DNA of 63,022 nucleotides, the filler included. It is 12 parts of 12 records of this genome, joined end to end, with 100 filler letters (N's around TTAATTAATTAA, not from the genome) between each part and the next. Parts side by side here need not be neighbours in the genome. Positions count along the whole stretch, not along the records: positions 36,383 to 43,908 come from SRR15195285_3719; positions 44,009 to 47,944 come from SRR15195285_3730; positions 48,045 to 51,180 come from SRR15195285_3733; positions 51,281 to 55,355 come from SRR15195285_3739; 8 more parts are not named here. One strand, written 5' to 3'. The notes under the pieces were generated by a model, which worked only from the letters and a program-made list of their open reading frames with translations, ran no database searches and was not told the origin of the DNA. How positions within the stretch are numbered: position 1 is the stretch's first letter; every line of letters begins with the position of its first letter. This document shows, piece by piece, positions 41,801 to 53,240 of the stretch. Both the position numbers and the translations under genes were made by a program.

Positions 41801-43067
41801 CCACATTGAATGGCAAGCGGAACAGCGAGACTTGACTGTGCATCGGCGCATCCAGCGTTATGCGCTCGGGCTTAATGAGTACTTGGACGATCCTTGGAAC
41901 GTCATTGACGTAGCCAGCCTGATATCCGTTTGTGTGTGCACTCTGCTGCAGCTGCTTCAGCTGACGAGCGCTGTTGCTAATGCCCAACTCTCTGCTGTTG
42001 CAACATCCTTGATATGGGTCCGGGTGATTCAGTACATGAATGGACTGGATGCTACTGCGGCCTACGTACGGATGACTCTGTCGGTGATGTCGGACATGTG
42101 GAGCTTCATGCTGATCATTGCCATTTTGATCCTTGGCAATACATTTGTATTGATGATGCTGTACCCATCCGAGCTGCTATCGGAACGTTCCAGTTTGTCT
42201 AGTGCTGGTATTGCAAATTTAACAACTGGAGTTTCCTGGAATCTAACAACGGTTGACGAACAGACGGTTCGCGATAGTTTTGGCAGCGTCGAGGCTGCCT
42301 TGTTCACATCAATCAACATGCTTTTTTTCGGCGAAGACACGCAACTTCTGGACTTCGCTCCATTTCCAGCTGTAAGTGTGCTCTTCTCTTCTCATACACA
42401 TGCTTAGTTGCCACTGGCAGCGTGAGGGTCGTCAGAATTAACGCCTTGTTGGCGCGCAGCTGGCAAGATTCCACTACATTTACTATGTGGCGCTCACACG
42501 TGCGTCTCTCGTGTGTGCCGTACTGCTTGCGATCGATCATCCGTCCCACACATAACATCTCTCACTTGTGCTCCGGCTGCTTTTACTTTTGCTGTTGTCG
42601 CAGCGCTGATCATGATGAACCTACTCATTGCTCTCATGGGTGGCTCATACGAGCGCGTTGAAGAAAATACGCAAAACGCTATGCGGCGACAGCGTGCTGA
42701 ACTACTCCTTAGCCTGGAGGTCTTAATGAGTCCCAAGGCAAAGGCAGATGCTGGCAAGTTCCCACGCTGGGTGTATTGGTACCGTCCGTCCGACTCGAGT
42801 GGAGCTGATGATGAGATAGCGAATGGCGTAATTCATGGCGTGGGCCGCCTGCTCAAGCGCCAGTCAGCAGTGCAGGAGTCATTCGTACAGAAGGTACTTG
42901 AAAACAAGGTGGGTGAATTGGGCGCCAAAATTCAGGAGCAGGATACTAAAATACAACTCGTCACGGACGTACTCAGTGCGCAGCAGCAAGCGATCGCTTC
43001 AATGGACGCAAAACTAGAGATGGTTTTGCAAGCGATAACGACCCCATCGCAAGAGAATGTGGCTTAG
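38856..43067 (+). CDS. Ankyrin-repeat TRP-family cation channel with an inserted EF-hand; two 3' introns
   Basis: TPLH ankyrin repeats; LIKFKWQTYG; YLDDPWNVID; spliced S6/TRP region YVALTPLIMMNLLIALMGGSYERV..RQRAELLL; C-terminal coiled coil. Confidence 0.88.
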
Positions 43068-43190
43068 AACAGCAAGCTTGTTTAAGTGTGTAGGTGTTGT
43101 CCGCAGCGCAAGCGAGTAGTTGAGAAGTCACATCGGAGCTGTGTATGAGACGAAACACCAACAGTGGTGCATTGCTAACTGTACATGCCC

Positions 43191-43796
43191 TTACCATTGC
43201 GACAGTTTAACGTAGCACGGCCACTGGCACTTGTTTGGTTTTCCTATAGCCTCCATCGCCTCCACCTGCCGCTCGGCCTGTGTTCGGTCGTTTGCTTCGT
43301 CGTGAATTACCTCGCTTCCATCAACGTATTCAACCAAACGAACCTCATGTCTGCCATCGTCCCAGCTTTCCACAGTGGTGGCTGTATTTTAGGTGGCTTG
43401 CGCCAGCTCTAATGTGTCGTAGTACGTAACTTCTGACCCAGAAGCGTAGACAAAACCAAAAATGCGGACCGCAAAACCTGTGGCTTCTGGGTCACCGTCT
43501 CGTCCACATGGGCGGCAATAGGTACGAAAGCCATCGTTTTCATTGCCAAATACGTGCACTTCACCTCTAATTGGCCTGTCGCATCCGTTGCAAATAATCG
43601 GCTCTGCGTCTTGTTGCTCAGGCTCCGCTTCTGCTGTGGCGTTTGCCAAGGATGCCAGGGTTGCCGCGACCTCCGGCTCGATCTCATTGTAGATGAAGGG
43701 TTCTGTCAGCCGCGGGTCAGGTCCAGGCGAGTCTTCTGCTGTGTTGATGGCAAACTCATTCCGTTGGTTTTGTGCTGCTGCTGGCAGCTGCGGCAT
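43191..43796 (-). pseudogene. Orphan reading frame with CxxC..CxxC, interrupted by one in-frame TAA at 43389-43391
   Basis: ORFs 43389-43796 and 43191-43373 share a frame; CNGC..CRPC. Confidence 0.35.
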
Positions 43797-44008
43797 CTGC
43801 TGTCCTGTTCGCTGGAACCGAAGGTTGCAATTAGGGGTGGGGTCAACTGTCGTGTACTGTCAGACCTTGCAACGTTGCAAGGGTTAGACTTACTAACTTT
43901 CTAAAATTNNNNNNNNNNNNNNNNNNNNNNNNNNNNNNNNNNNNNNNNNNNNTTAATTAATTAANNNNNNNNNNNNNNNNNNNNNNNNNNNNNNNNNNNN
44001 NNNNNNNN

Positions 44009-47000
44009 GCTGTGCATCGCTGAGGCGAGCGCCCTGTTTGTAATTTTACGCAGTGACCGATGAACTCGAGCCATGTTTTCTTTCTGTTCTTGCACCATAT
44101 TCGACCACGACACAAATGCACGGGCCATATTTCGATTCAGAAGATACCGCAGAGACTGATCTCCGCGCAAGCTTTCAGTCCATAAATTGAAGTACGCCCG
44201 GAGCTGGAAGCTTTGCATCGCACAAATTGTCCGTGCTAAGAGAGCACGCATTTCGGCACGTTCCGACGTGACCTCAACCCATCTACCAACAGCAGCAGCC
44301 AGACCCTTACGTGTAAAAGTTCGAATGACAGCCATCATTGTGTTTTTGCTTTTCACCATTTGTCGTGCGTTCTCCATCCAGCCGTTGAAAGCACAGGCCA
44401 AGGCGCGTTGCAGAATGTGCTGCACTGCCCGACCTACCTTGCCCCGCTGTTCAATCCGCTCTGTGCATCTCGCACACCATCCCTTAAAGGCTGCGGCCGT
44501 GCGGTAGTTTGCAATTAGGCTAGCTGCTTTGAACATGATTTCACGTTGCCCAATTCGCTCGGTCGTGAGGTGTGACCACGTATGCAGAGCAGACTTCATC
44601 TTGCGATTGGACAGAGCCATGACCACAGCTGCCATCACCCTTCTCACATCCAATATGCTCTGTACGGTTTCGTGCCAGCTGATGAAAGCGGATGCAACTG
44701 TCTGCGATTGAATCATCTTCACCACCCGCATCATCTTCTCGCGATTTGTTGCCTTCTCCAGTGCGTTGGATTTCCATCCGTTGAATGCTGACCGAAGAGA
44801 GCGATTGAACAGGATCGACAGGAACCTTTCGAGCTTGTCTCGGTTATGCATGATCTCAGACAGCGCGAAAACCCATTGGGAGAACGCCGACGATATGGTC
44901 CTATGCATGTAAAAGTTGATGCACTTGGTCTGGACTGCTCTAGTTCGAACCACGTCAGTGACATACGCGACCCACGTGGTGAACTGTCTCCTTTTCACAG
45001 CGCCACGCATGTGCCCCAAAACTTTGCGGTAAATGACGTACTTCACCCTTTCATGCTCTCGCTTGCGCCTGCGCCTCGCTAGCCTCCGGGTGGCTCGAAG
45101 CCACTCGGCGACAACACGTGTCACACACACACATTTGTCACATCGAAGTACTGCGTTATGAAGCTGCTCTCGCGCCTCGAACACGGCATCTGTGTATGTG
45201 GCCCACCTTTCGAAAGCCTTCCCAATCAGCGAGTTGTGGATTCGGCCCAGAACTCTATTTACCTTACCGCGATTGCTTGTTCGAACGTCGACGTACTCGC
45301 ACCATCCACCCCAAGCTGACGAGAGGGCAAAGTTTCCCATTACCGCGATGACCTTGGTTAACTTCGCGCGATTCTCAAGTTTCACTGTTGCGTTCGTGTG
45401 CCAGCCCTTGAATGCAGACAACACAAGAGCGTTGGTCATGACGAGGACTGCCTTCCTCAACATTGCTTGGTTCGCAACTTTGGCGCTAATCTTATCGTAC
45501 CAACCAGCAAAAGCTGAGTGAAGCAAGCTATTCAGCATCAGATGAACAGCCCGTGCGACCTTCTTGCGGCTATGTACTTTAAACTCAGCTCTAGCCCTCC
45601 AAGCATTGAAAGCACTGATGACGCGGGAATTCTGCAATACTTTGATGGCCCGGGTAAGCTTTTCGCGATTTGTGATTTTTGTGTGCGCGCGCGTATACCA
45701 GCCTTGAAAAGCGCCCCCTAGACACACATTTTGAAACATTTTCACCACACGTAGCATCGTCTCTCGATTCGAGCGCTTCTCCACTGCGCTTGCTTCCCAC
45801 CCACGGAATGCAGCGTGCAGGACACGATTCATGAATAGAGAAATCACCCGCTCTAGTCTGTTGCGCTGGTCTGTGATTTTCTTTGTAGAGTCGGCCCATG
45901 CGGCGAACGCGGAGCCCACCGTCGAGTTTAGTAGCCTCGCGACAGCAATCTTCAGTTTGTGGTCTACCAATTGATATTTTGCCACATTATCGCGCCAAAC
46001 GCAGAAAGCAGAGCGCGCACCAATCATGCGGCTGTGATTCCCGGCAAGGGCAGAAATAAGATCCATCTGCTTCCACCACCGAGCTCGTTCAACCCACACA
46101 TCCCAAGCCCACAGCACCACACGGTGGCTGAATCGTAGCGCAGCGTGTCTGAGCTTCCGTGCGAGTTCAGTGGTCAACCTCCATCGAGACATCGCGGTCC
46201 CAAGAATTCGACTTGACAAGACGATCAACACTTGGGCTACACGTCGCAACTTATGCTTTCGGATCTGCAAGTATCGAAACCATTTTTGACAGCAAGTCTT
46301 CAGCGTAACTCGTCTAAAGTGCTGCACAGCCGTGGCACGACGAATTCTTGCAGAAGCTGTTTCGCTGGCATACGAAGCCCATCGATAGAGCCAACGCGAA
46401 AGATGTCTCTGTAGCCAGCGCACCACCTGTGCTTCTGCCAGAATTGTGGCTTGCCGTTTTCTGCAAGACATCCTCGTGAAGTCTACCCATCGTCGCCAGC
46501 GCTCATTGAGTCCATGCTGTCTCCAGTAAGCACAGGCTAATCGTTTCTGTTGCCCTTGCGCCGCAGCGAGACTGAGACGCATCAGAGTAGCTCTTGCCTG
46601 GTAGCGCCGCTCGTGTGCGATCGCAACGCAGACCCGACGGAATGCGGTCAGGCATGCACACAGCAGTACATCCTCGCGGTGGAGCTCCGCCAGGGTGATT
46701 CGCACCAGCAGTGTCCATCGGCGCCAGCAGTATCTGTACACTGTTTCGGCCGCGTACGCGGCAGCAATTTGCATCCGTATGCTGAGACGCCATAAACGGA
46801 AAGCGCGCCTGAGGACATATTCACGCCAGCGGTCCGCCTCCTCTTCGAATTGCGCAACGGCGTGTGAAAACTCGAGCTGCATTCGTCGGCTCTCGTCTGT
46901 CTGGATTGCCCACTTGCGGAAGCAACCGCACAGAAGAGCAGCGTCCCAGTCAGGGCGCGGGGGCGAGAGCGCCAGCTCGCCGCGCACAGGCTGTGGAGAC

Positions 47001-47614
47001 TCGCCGGCTCGGCTTTCCCTGTCCTGAGCAGGCACTCGGCTCGGCGGGGATTCCGTGGTGAGGCTGCTGCTGTGTGTCCGCGCCAGTTGGTCATCAGCTT
47101 CGGTCAAGCTCCACCGAGGCTCTGGCTTGTCCCACAGCCCGTGTATCGGCGCTGGGTGCGAAATCCTTGAGACGTCCGGTTCGGCCAGCCCCGGGGTCTC
47201 TACGGTGGGGCTGGCACCGGCCATGCTCGCGCTCCACACCGGGCTCGCGCTGCGCGCCGCGCGCCTCCAGCCAGCCAGGGCAAGCCCGGCGAGGTAGCGT
47301 CGCCTCTGCGCACTGGCCGCCTGCCTGCGCAGGTGCCGAGCATTCACGGCCTGCAGGCGCTCGCGCCAGCTCCCGGCGAGGCAGCCGTGGAAGCCAACGC
47401 GAGGGGTGGGCTCCGCCGCCAGCCGCACGCAGAACTTGTAGTACGCCGCGTCCGCCTCGGGGGCGAGCTTCCTCTCGCTGCCCAGCTCGCGCAGGGCCTG
47501 CAGCACATGCGGCAGCTCCGCCGATTCCCCGCTGTCCGCCGCCATGAGCTCGGCGCGCGCCAGCAGCTCCTCCATCGTCGCCACGTGCACCAGCCCCTCC
47601 TCCTCCTCCATCAT
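44009..47614 (-). CDS. Sfi1-like centrin-binding repeat protein, 3'-truncated
   Basis: Many AFxxW/FxxW motifs at about 33-aa spacing (e.g. SAFAAW, AAFRGW, GAFQGW, SAFNAW). Confidence 0.85.
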
Positions 47615-47634
47615 ATCGTCCGCCGTGTCGCCAT

Positions 47635-47905
47635 GTTCATACAAAATCAAGCGCCGGGGTAATTTTGATTTTCAATTTGTCCACTTTGTACTGGAAAATA
47701 CTACCATTTCTGTGTAGCTCTCCTACTAGTACAGTACTATTATAAGAAGAGGGATCAACTCAGGGTGTCGCCAGGGCGTCCGGCGACGGCTCCGCAGTTG
47801 AGCGGGATAGGAGGGCCGGTTGCGTATTTGTCCACAGTACGTTCATACAAATCAAGCGCCGGGGTAATTTGTTTTTAAATTTGTGCGCACTTTGGACTGG
47901 AAAAT
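47635..47905. repeat. Imperfect ~65-bp direct repeat (47635-47699 and 47841-47905) upstream of the Sfi1-like gene
   Basis: gttcatacaaa(a)tcaagcgccggggtaattt..tttgt..cactttg.actggaaaat occurs twice. Confidence 0.9.
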
Positions 47906-48287
47906 GGTAGGAATCTCGAGGAATATTAGAATCGAAGATTCTAGNNNNNNNNNNNNNNNNNNNNNNNNNNNNNNNNNNNNNNNNNNNNTTAATTAATTAA
48001 NNNNNNNNNNNNNNNNNNNNNNNNNNNNNNNNNNNNNNNNNNNNTCAAATCACATTGTACTTAAACGCTACATGGATGTGGATTCGCGCGTGGATGCGTG
48101 CATACCCAGGTACGCAGGACGGCGCGCGGCCGCGGAGGTATACGTGGTACCGACGACACCTGGACCGTTAGGCTGCGGTTGTACCCGCGCGCACGAAGCA
48201 AGGTTCGTTCATATATACAGTACGCGTACGCGAAGAGAAGAGTTGGCCACGCAGGAGGTATACGTAGGGAGAGAGTTGGCCACGCAC

Positions 48288-50150
48288 ATGGTCGGGTGCG
48301 TGCTGAAGCTAGGGCTGCTGCTGCTGCTAGTGCTGCTGCTGCAGCCGCCCCCCGCAGCGCACGGATCGGTCCCATTCGACACGCGCCATCGCAACTTCGG
48401 TAGTGTGATTCGTGGCGGCCACCTGCCGCCCACCGGCGCGACGGCCTTCGAGCACAAGTGCTCTGCTGCGCCGTGCGCCGTGACACAGATTCTCTTTGCC
48501 TCCGTCTACCCGGGTGCCGGGCGGGGCGCGGCCTTCGACTGGCAGCACGCCACCATCTCGCTCTTTATCGATGGTGAGACCGATGCGTCTGTTGCGGTGT
48601 CGGCGCTGGAACTGGGCTGGACGAGCGAGTTCGCCTCGCGCCCATCGGTTTTCCCATCGGGTGCGATGTACGACAACTCGGGGCGGGGTTGGGGCAACGA
48701 GTACTTCGGACACACCGCAGTTTCGGGAGGCACCTACTCGACCCTGCGCATACCTTTTTCGCGCTCTCTCAGCGTGGTCATTCAGCCGGCGCCTGGCACC
48801 ACCACGGAGTCTCGCTACTGGTTCGATGTGCGTGGCGTGGAGGCACTGCCAATCATCCTGGGCGAGCTGGAGCTCCCACCTGCCGCGCGGCTGAAGATCC
48901 ACCGCGTGAGCAACCGCAGCCTGGCGCATCTCGAAATGCTCACCATTGCATCTGCTCCGACGGGAACCTCGGGCGCAATCTTGGGTACTAAGTTCGACGC
49001 CACTTCAAGCGACTTCACCTACCTCGAGGCCTGCCCACGATTCTACCGAACGGCAGCAACCGACGAGCCCCCGATGTATCTGTCTTCTGGCGCCGAAGAC
49101 TACTTCTTATCAGCTAACTACTTCGACGCGGGCACGTTCGTCACACCTGAGTCGGGTTTGACATTCAAAGACACGACCGGGGGCATCGGCGCTTTCAAGA
49201 TGCACACCCGTGATCTGCTGTTGTTCCACGACGGCATGCGGTTGGTGTGGCGCAATGGCGATACTGGCTGCGCGGGTTGCCAACCTGGGAACAGTACATG
49301 GGCACCTTGTGCTTACTGCCCCGGTTCTTCACCACGAGTGCCATCGCTGGTGAGCAATCTTGATGCCGCTCCTGAACCTGTGATCGATCTTGTGCAAAAA
49401 ACAAACAAGAGCTGCTACGCGATGGGCCCGATCGCCTACGGTTTTGATCGGCCTGGTGGAGACGGGTCAATCGTGGGGATGACGCTGGCTAATTACAGCG
49501 GCGGCAGAGACGGGCGCTGCACTGCTGCAACGATTGGTTTGCCAGGATGCAGACCAGATGACTGCGCTCGCGCATGCTGCGATGACGCGTCCTGCAACGC
49601 GTGGGTTCACGCAGCAGCGCCGGGGTGTGCACACGGGACAGGCACCGGCGATGGTGCTGACGTATGCTGTTGGCATAAGCTGCGAGAGACTCAACTGCAG
49701 AATATGACCAAGGAGCGCTATCCACAGCGCTACAATCCAACTATCAGCACCGGTGTTGTCTCTGGTCACACTAGTGGGGCGTCGTCGCCGCCGCCGCCGC
49801 CAGCACCGTGTTCTGCGCCGAATCCACAAGGGACTGCCTGCCGCTGTGGGCCGGATGGCGCGTGTCCTCGAGCTCCACCGCGCGTCGAAGCTGGCTACGC
49901 GTTGTACTCGACTTTGGTATACTACTACGTATGGCCAACCGCTCTGACGGGCTCGTCAGTGGCTGACGAGGCTGGTGATGAAATGATGGATAGTGAGGAT
50001 GATAGGGGTGGATTTACTGGCGGGCAGGGCGAGGATGGTGGCAGCACGCGTCTGGTGGATGCGCTCGAGCGACTATCGGTGCTGCTAGCACGAGGATTGC
50101 TGACCCCCGCGGAGTTCAAGCAGGCCAAACAGCGTGTATTGGAACACTAA
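48288..50150 (+). CDS. Secreted DUF2961 (GH172-like) protein with PAN/apple-like domain and C-terminal SHOCT
   Basis: Signal peptide; ISLFIDGE, LRIPF, YLEAC, SSGAEDYF..YF; CARACCDDASCNAW..CCWHK; LERLSVLLARGLLTPAEFKQAKQRVL. Confidence 0.7.
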   Translation: MVGCVLKLGLLLLLVLLLQPPPAAHGSVPFDTRHRNFGSVIRGGHLPPTGATAFEHKCSAAPCAVTQILFASVYPGAGRGAAFDWQHATISLFIDGETDASVAVSALELGWTSEFASRPSVFPSGAMYDNSGRGWGNEYFGHTAVSGGTYSTLRIPFSRSLSVVIQPAPGTTTESRYWFDVRGVEALPIILGELELPPAARLKIHRVSNRSLAHLEMLTIASAPTGTSGAILGTKFDATSSDFTYLEACPRFYRTAATDEPPMYLSSGAEDYFLSANYFDAGTFVTPESGLTFKDTTGGIGAFKMHTRDLLLFHDGMRLVWRNGDTGCAGCQPGNSTWAPCAYCPGSSPRVPSLVSNLDAAPEPVIDLVQKTNKSCYAMGPIAYGFDRPGGDGSIVGMTLANYSGGRDGRCTAATIGLPGCRPDDCARACCDDASCNAWVHAAAPGCAHGTGTGDGADVCCWHKLRETQLQNMTKERYPQRYNPTISTGVVSGHTSGASSPPPPPAPCSAPNPQGTACRCGPDGACPRAPPRVEAGYALYSTLVYYYVWPTALTGSSVADEAGDEMMDSEDDRGGFTGGQGEDGGSTRLVDALERLSVLLARGLLTPAEFKQAKQRVLEH

Positions 50151-51400
50151 CTTACTGGGTTGCTATTCGAATACCATGATGTCCTACTCTGCCGTATACT
50201 ATATGAGTCTTGACACAATCATCTGACGTGTTCGCGGCTGTCCCGCCTCAAATCTATGCAGACGGAATGGCAAAAATAAATGCACCCGCCGTTTGCTATA
50301 CACAGCTGTACGTGTACGCGACCACAGCGCCTTTGTTCCCACAATGCTCGGCAGGCCGTCCATTGGACTTTCCCAACACACAGACACACAGGGCATACGG
50401 CTGTATGCCCTAGGTGTAAGACCTGACAACCTTTCGGATGTTGCTAAACTAGCTAGGTGCCCCTGTCTCATGCCTTCTACTAGCACTGCCAACATGAATA
50501 AAACGGCTTTAAACTTCAATGCATTCATGTTCATACCACGTTCCAAGCACACAAGCATCGTGTCCGCCCCAACGCATTCGCAGCGTGTCCACAAGATACC
50601 TGGCAGTTGTCGATTGATTGCAGCCGACGAGAAGCAGTCACGGATGGGCACACGTCTGGTTTGTGGTTTCAACCGGAGAAATCAGACCCACTTCTAAGCC
50701 ATCAGCCGTCCGCCCTGAGTTCTTTTTACAGAAAGGACGTTGCAAGAACTGATGTTTAGGGCATACGTGGGCCTTATGCCCGGTGTCACCATGTGCTAAA
50801 AGGCCGACCGTTGACTTCGACTGGGCTGTGTCTTGTATAGTGGTCGCGCAGTCCCTCTGCACTAGCCACCTTATGCTCGCCCACACATTCAAGTTTCAAG
50901 AAATCGGCTCTTCTAGCTACAGAATGGTCTACATGGCACTCTCACGCCCCACCCACACGCATTCGTGCAGCTTCTCGCCACGCATATTGCCACATATTAG
51001 ACACTTCTCCCACAGCTTGGAATGACGTGTGAGCGGTGGCGGCGGAAGAGGTGTAGCATAACAAGGGTTGTATTTCCCACATGTGGTGCTCAACCTTTCG
51101 CATTTGTTCGGTGCTTAATTGCCTGCTAGTCGACTGCCCGCAGCGATCGACTGCACCAAGATGTTAAACTTGCCAGCAACNNNNNNNNNNNNNNNNNNNN
51201 NNNNNNNNNNNNNNNNNNNNNNNNTTAATTAATTAANNNNNNNNNNNNNNNNNNNNNNNNNNNNNNNNNNNNNNNNNNNNTGCTGCTGCTGCTGCTGCCG
51301 CCGCCGCCGCGTGTCAGCTGCGAGGGCCCTCTGCTCGTTGCTGCTGGGCCAGTGGTGCCGGGGGGAGAGCTCGTCGGCTGCGGGCCCAGAGGTTGAGCAT

Positions 51401-53083
51401 ATGGCCGACGGTGGGCCGGCAGCCAAGCGGCACCGCTCCGGAGTGCCGTCGTCTCCGGCAGCTGGTGGACTTGCGCGCAGCAACTCGGACGCCCTGGACT
51501 CCGCCGTGCCGCTGCGTAGCGTGCGGCATCGAAGCAAGCTGCCGCTCTCGAGCGTCGTGCAGGTGTTCACGACGGCAGCCCTGCCGGATTACAGTCTCCC
51601 GTGGCAGGTCTGTCCGCAGCAAACCTCCACAGGCAGTGGATTTGCGTTCACCGAGAGGCGCACGGGCCGCCGGCTCATCGTCACCAACGCACACGTCGCC
51701 GCAGCAAAGAACGCAGTTCTCCGCGTGCAGCTGCATGGTTCACCAGACAAGCTGCGCGCAAAGGTGCTGGCGATCGGCAACGACTGTGACCTCGCGATCC
51801 TGGAGCTGGCCTCGGGCGACGACCCAGAGTCCGCAGAGGCGTTCTGGAACGCCGTTCAGCCCGTCCAGATCTCCGAGGAGATGCCTCAGCTGTACGAAGA
51901 GGTGCACGTGGTCGGCTTCCCTGGCCAATTCTCGAGTATCTGCGTCACTGCAGGCATCGTTTCGCGCATCTGCGTGCAGAGCTACAACCAGCCATCTCCA
52001 TGCCCACTTCTTACGATCCAGATAGACGCAGCCATCAACCCTGGCAATTCTGGTGGACCAGCCTTCGACGAGGATGGCCAGCTAATCGGCGTCGCCTTTC
52101 TCAAGCATGTCGGACACGACGTAGACAACTGCGGATACCTCATTCCTGTGCCGGTCGTCGAGAATTTCTTAGACCGGGCGCTGAGCGCTGAAGGCTACCA
52201 CGGCATGCCTTGCGTGCCCTTCCGGTTCCAGTCGCTCGAGAACGCCGCGTTTCGGAAGTCGCTGGAGATGGTTCCACGAAAGCACTCAGGGGTGTACATC
52301 AAAGAGGTAGCAAAGCTCGGTGCTCTAGCTGGCAAGCTGAAGCAAGGCGATGTGGTGTTGCAGATCGACGGTCAGCGGATCGGCAACGACATGACTGTGC
52401 ACTTTCGAGACACAGAAAGCGTGGATTTTCGGCATCGCATAACGGGAGCGAAGAAGGGCTCGACGACCGAGCTGCGGGTGCTGCGAAAAGGCAAAGAGAT
52501 CACGGTCTCAGCCGTGCTTCCGGGCAACACCCATCACCTGCTGTGCCCCCGCTACCATGAGCTCGACTGCGTCCCCACGTTCCTGATCGTGGGCGGCCTC
52601 GTTTTCGTGCCTCTGACAGGCAGTCTGTACGAGGCTTTATCTGGTGGTGATGATGGTCTTGGGCCTGCAAGCGACGTTTATCTGCCTGGAGTTCTCGCAG
52701 ACAAGCTTTGGGCATTCAAACAGAAGGAAGGTCAACAAGTCATTGTCCTGCTACGCGTGCTGACCGCTGACTGCAACCTCGGCTACTACCCGTCTGGAGC
52801 AGTGCGTACGCTCAGCGCGCTCAATGGCACCAAGATCAACAGCATGGAGCAGCTGGTCACAGAGGTCTACGAAACTAGTGTCGCAAGCAAGTATTTGAAG
52901 TTTAAGTTTGGCAGTTTCAGCGCCACCGGGGATTCAGACGCGGAGGAAGACGAGAAGGAGTCTGGTGATATCATCGTGCTTGACAGAGAGGAGGCGATGT
53001 CGAGCGAGAAGGAAGTGCTTTCAACGCACAGGATAGACACGGCCCTCTCTGAAGATCTTCGGTCCCTGCGCCCGTCCAAGTAG
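51401..53083 (+). CDS. Deg/HtrA serine protease (DEG2/9/10-like) with PDZ domains; start uncertain
   Basis: PDYSLPWQ, TNAHV, DCDLAIL, IQIDAAINPGNSGGP, PDZ (GDVVLQIDG), FLIVGGLVFVPLT. Confidence 0.93.
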   Translation: MADGGPAAKRHRSGVPSSPAAGGLARSNSDALDSAVPLRSVRHRSKLPLSSVVQVFTTAALPDYSLPWQVCPQQTSTGSGFAFTERRTGRRLIVTNAHVAAAKNAVLRVQLHGSPDKLRAKVLAIGNDCDLAILELASGDDPESAEAFWNAVQPVQISEEMPQLYEEVHVVGFPGQFSSICVTAGIVSRICVQSYNQPSPCPLLTIQIDAAINPGNSGGPAFDEDGQLIGVAFLKHVGHDVDNCGYLIPVPVVENFLDRALSAEGYHGMPCVPFRFQSLENAAFRKSLEMVPRKHSGVYIKEVAKLGALAGKLKQGDVVLQIDGQRIGNDMTVHFRDTESVDFRHRITGAKKGSTTELRVLRKGKEITVSAVLPGNTHHLLCPRYHELDCVPTFLIVGGLVFVPLTGSLYEALSGGDDGLGPASDVYLPGVLADKLWAFKQKEGQQVIVLLRVLTADCNLGYYPSGAVRTLSALNGTKINSMEQLVTEVYETSVASKYLKFKFGSFSATGDSDAEEDEKESGDIIVLDREEAMSSEKEVLSTHRIDTALSEDLRSLRPSK

Positions 53084-53240
53084 CTGCGACATCGAGCAGC
53101 TCCAATCTCGAGTGTAGACAGCTCTAAAGCTTCAGACGTTCAATTGCGTAGTTCGCACTGTGCTGCACAATAAATCTACGTCCAGCTGCCTGCGATAAGA
53201 GTCCTTAGCTGGTTGCCAACGGACTTGGACTTGACCTGGT

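Noticed and set aside
42490-42603. Apparent GC-AG intron in the TRP gene
   Set aside because: A canonical gtgcgt donor a few bases later gives the in-frame YVALTPLIMM.
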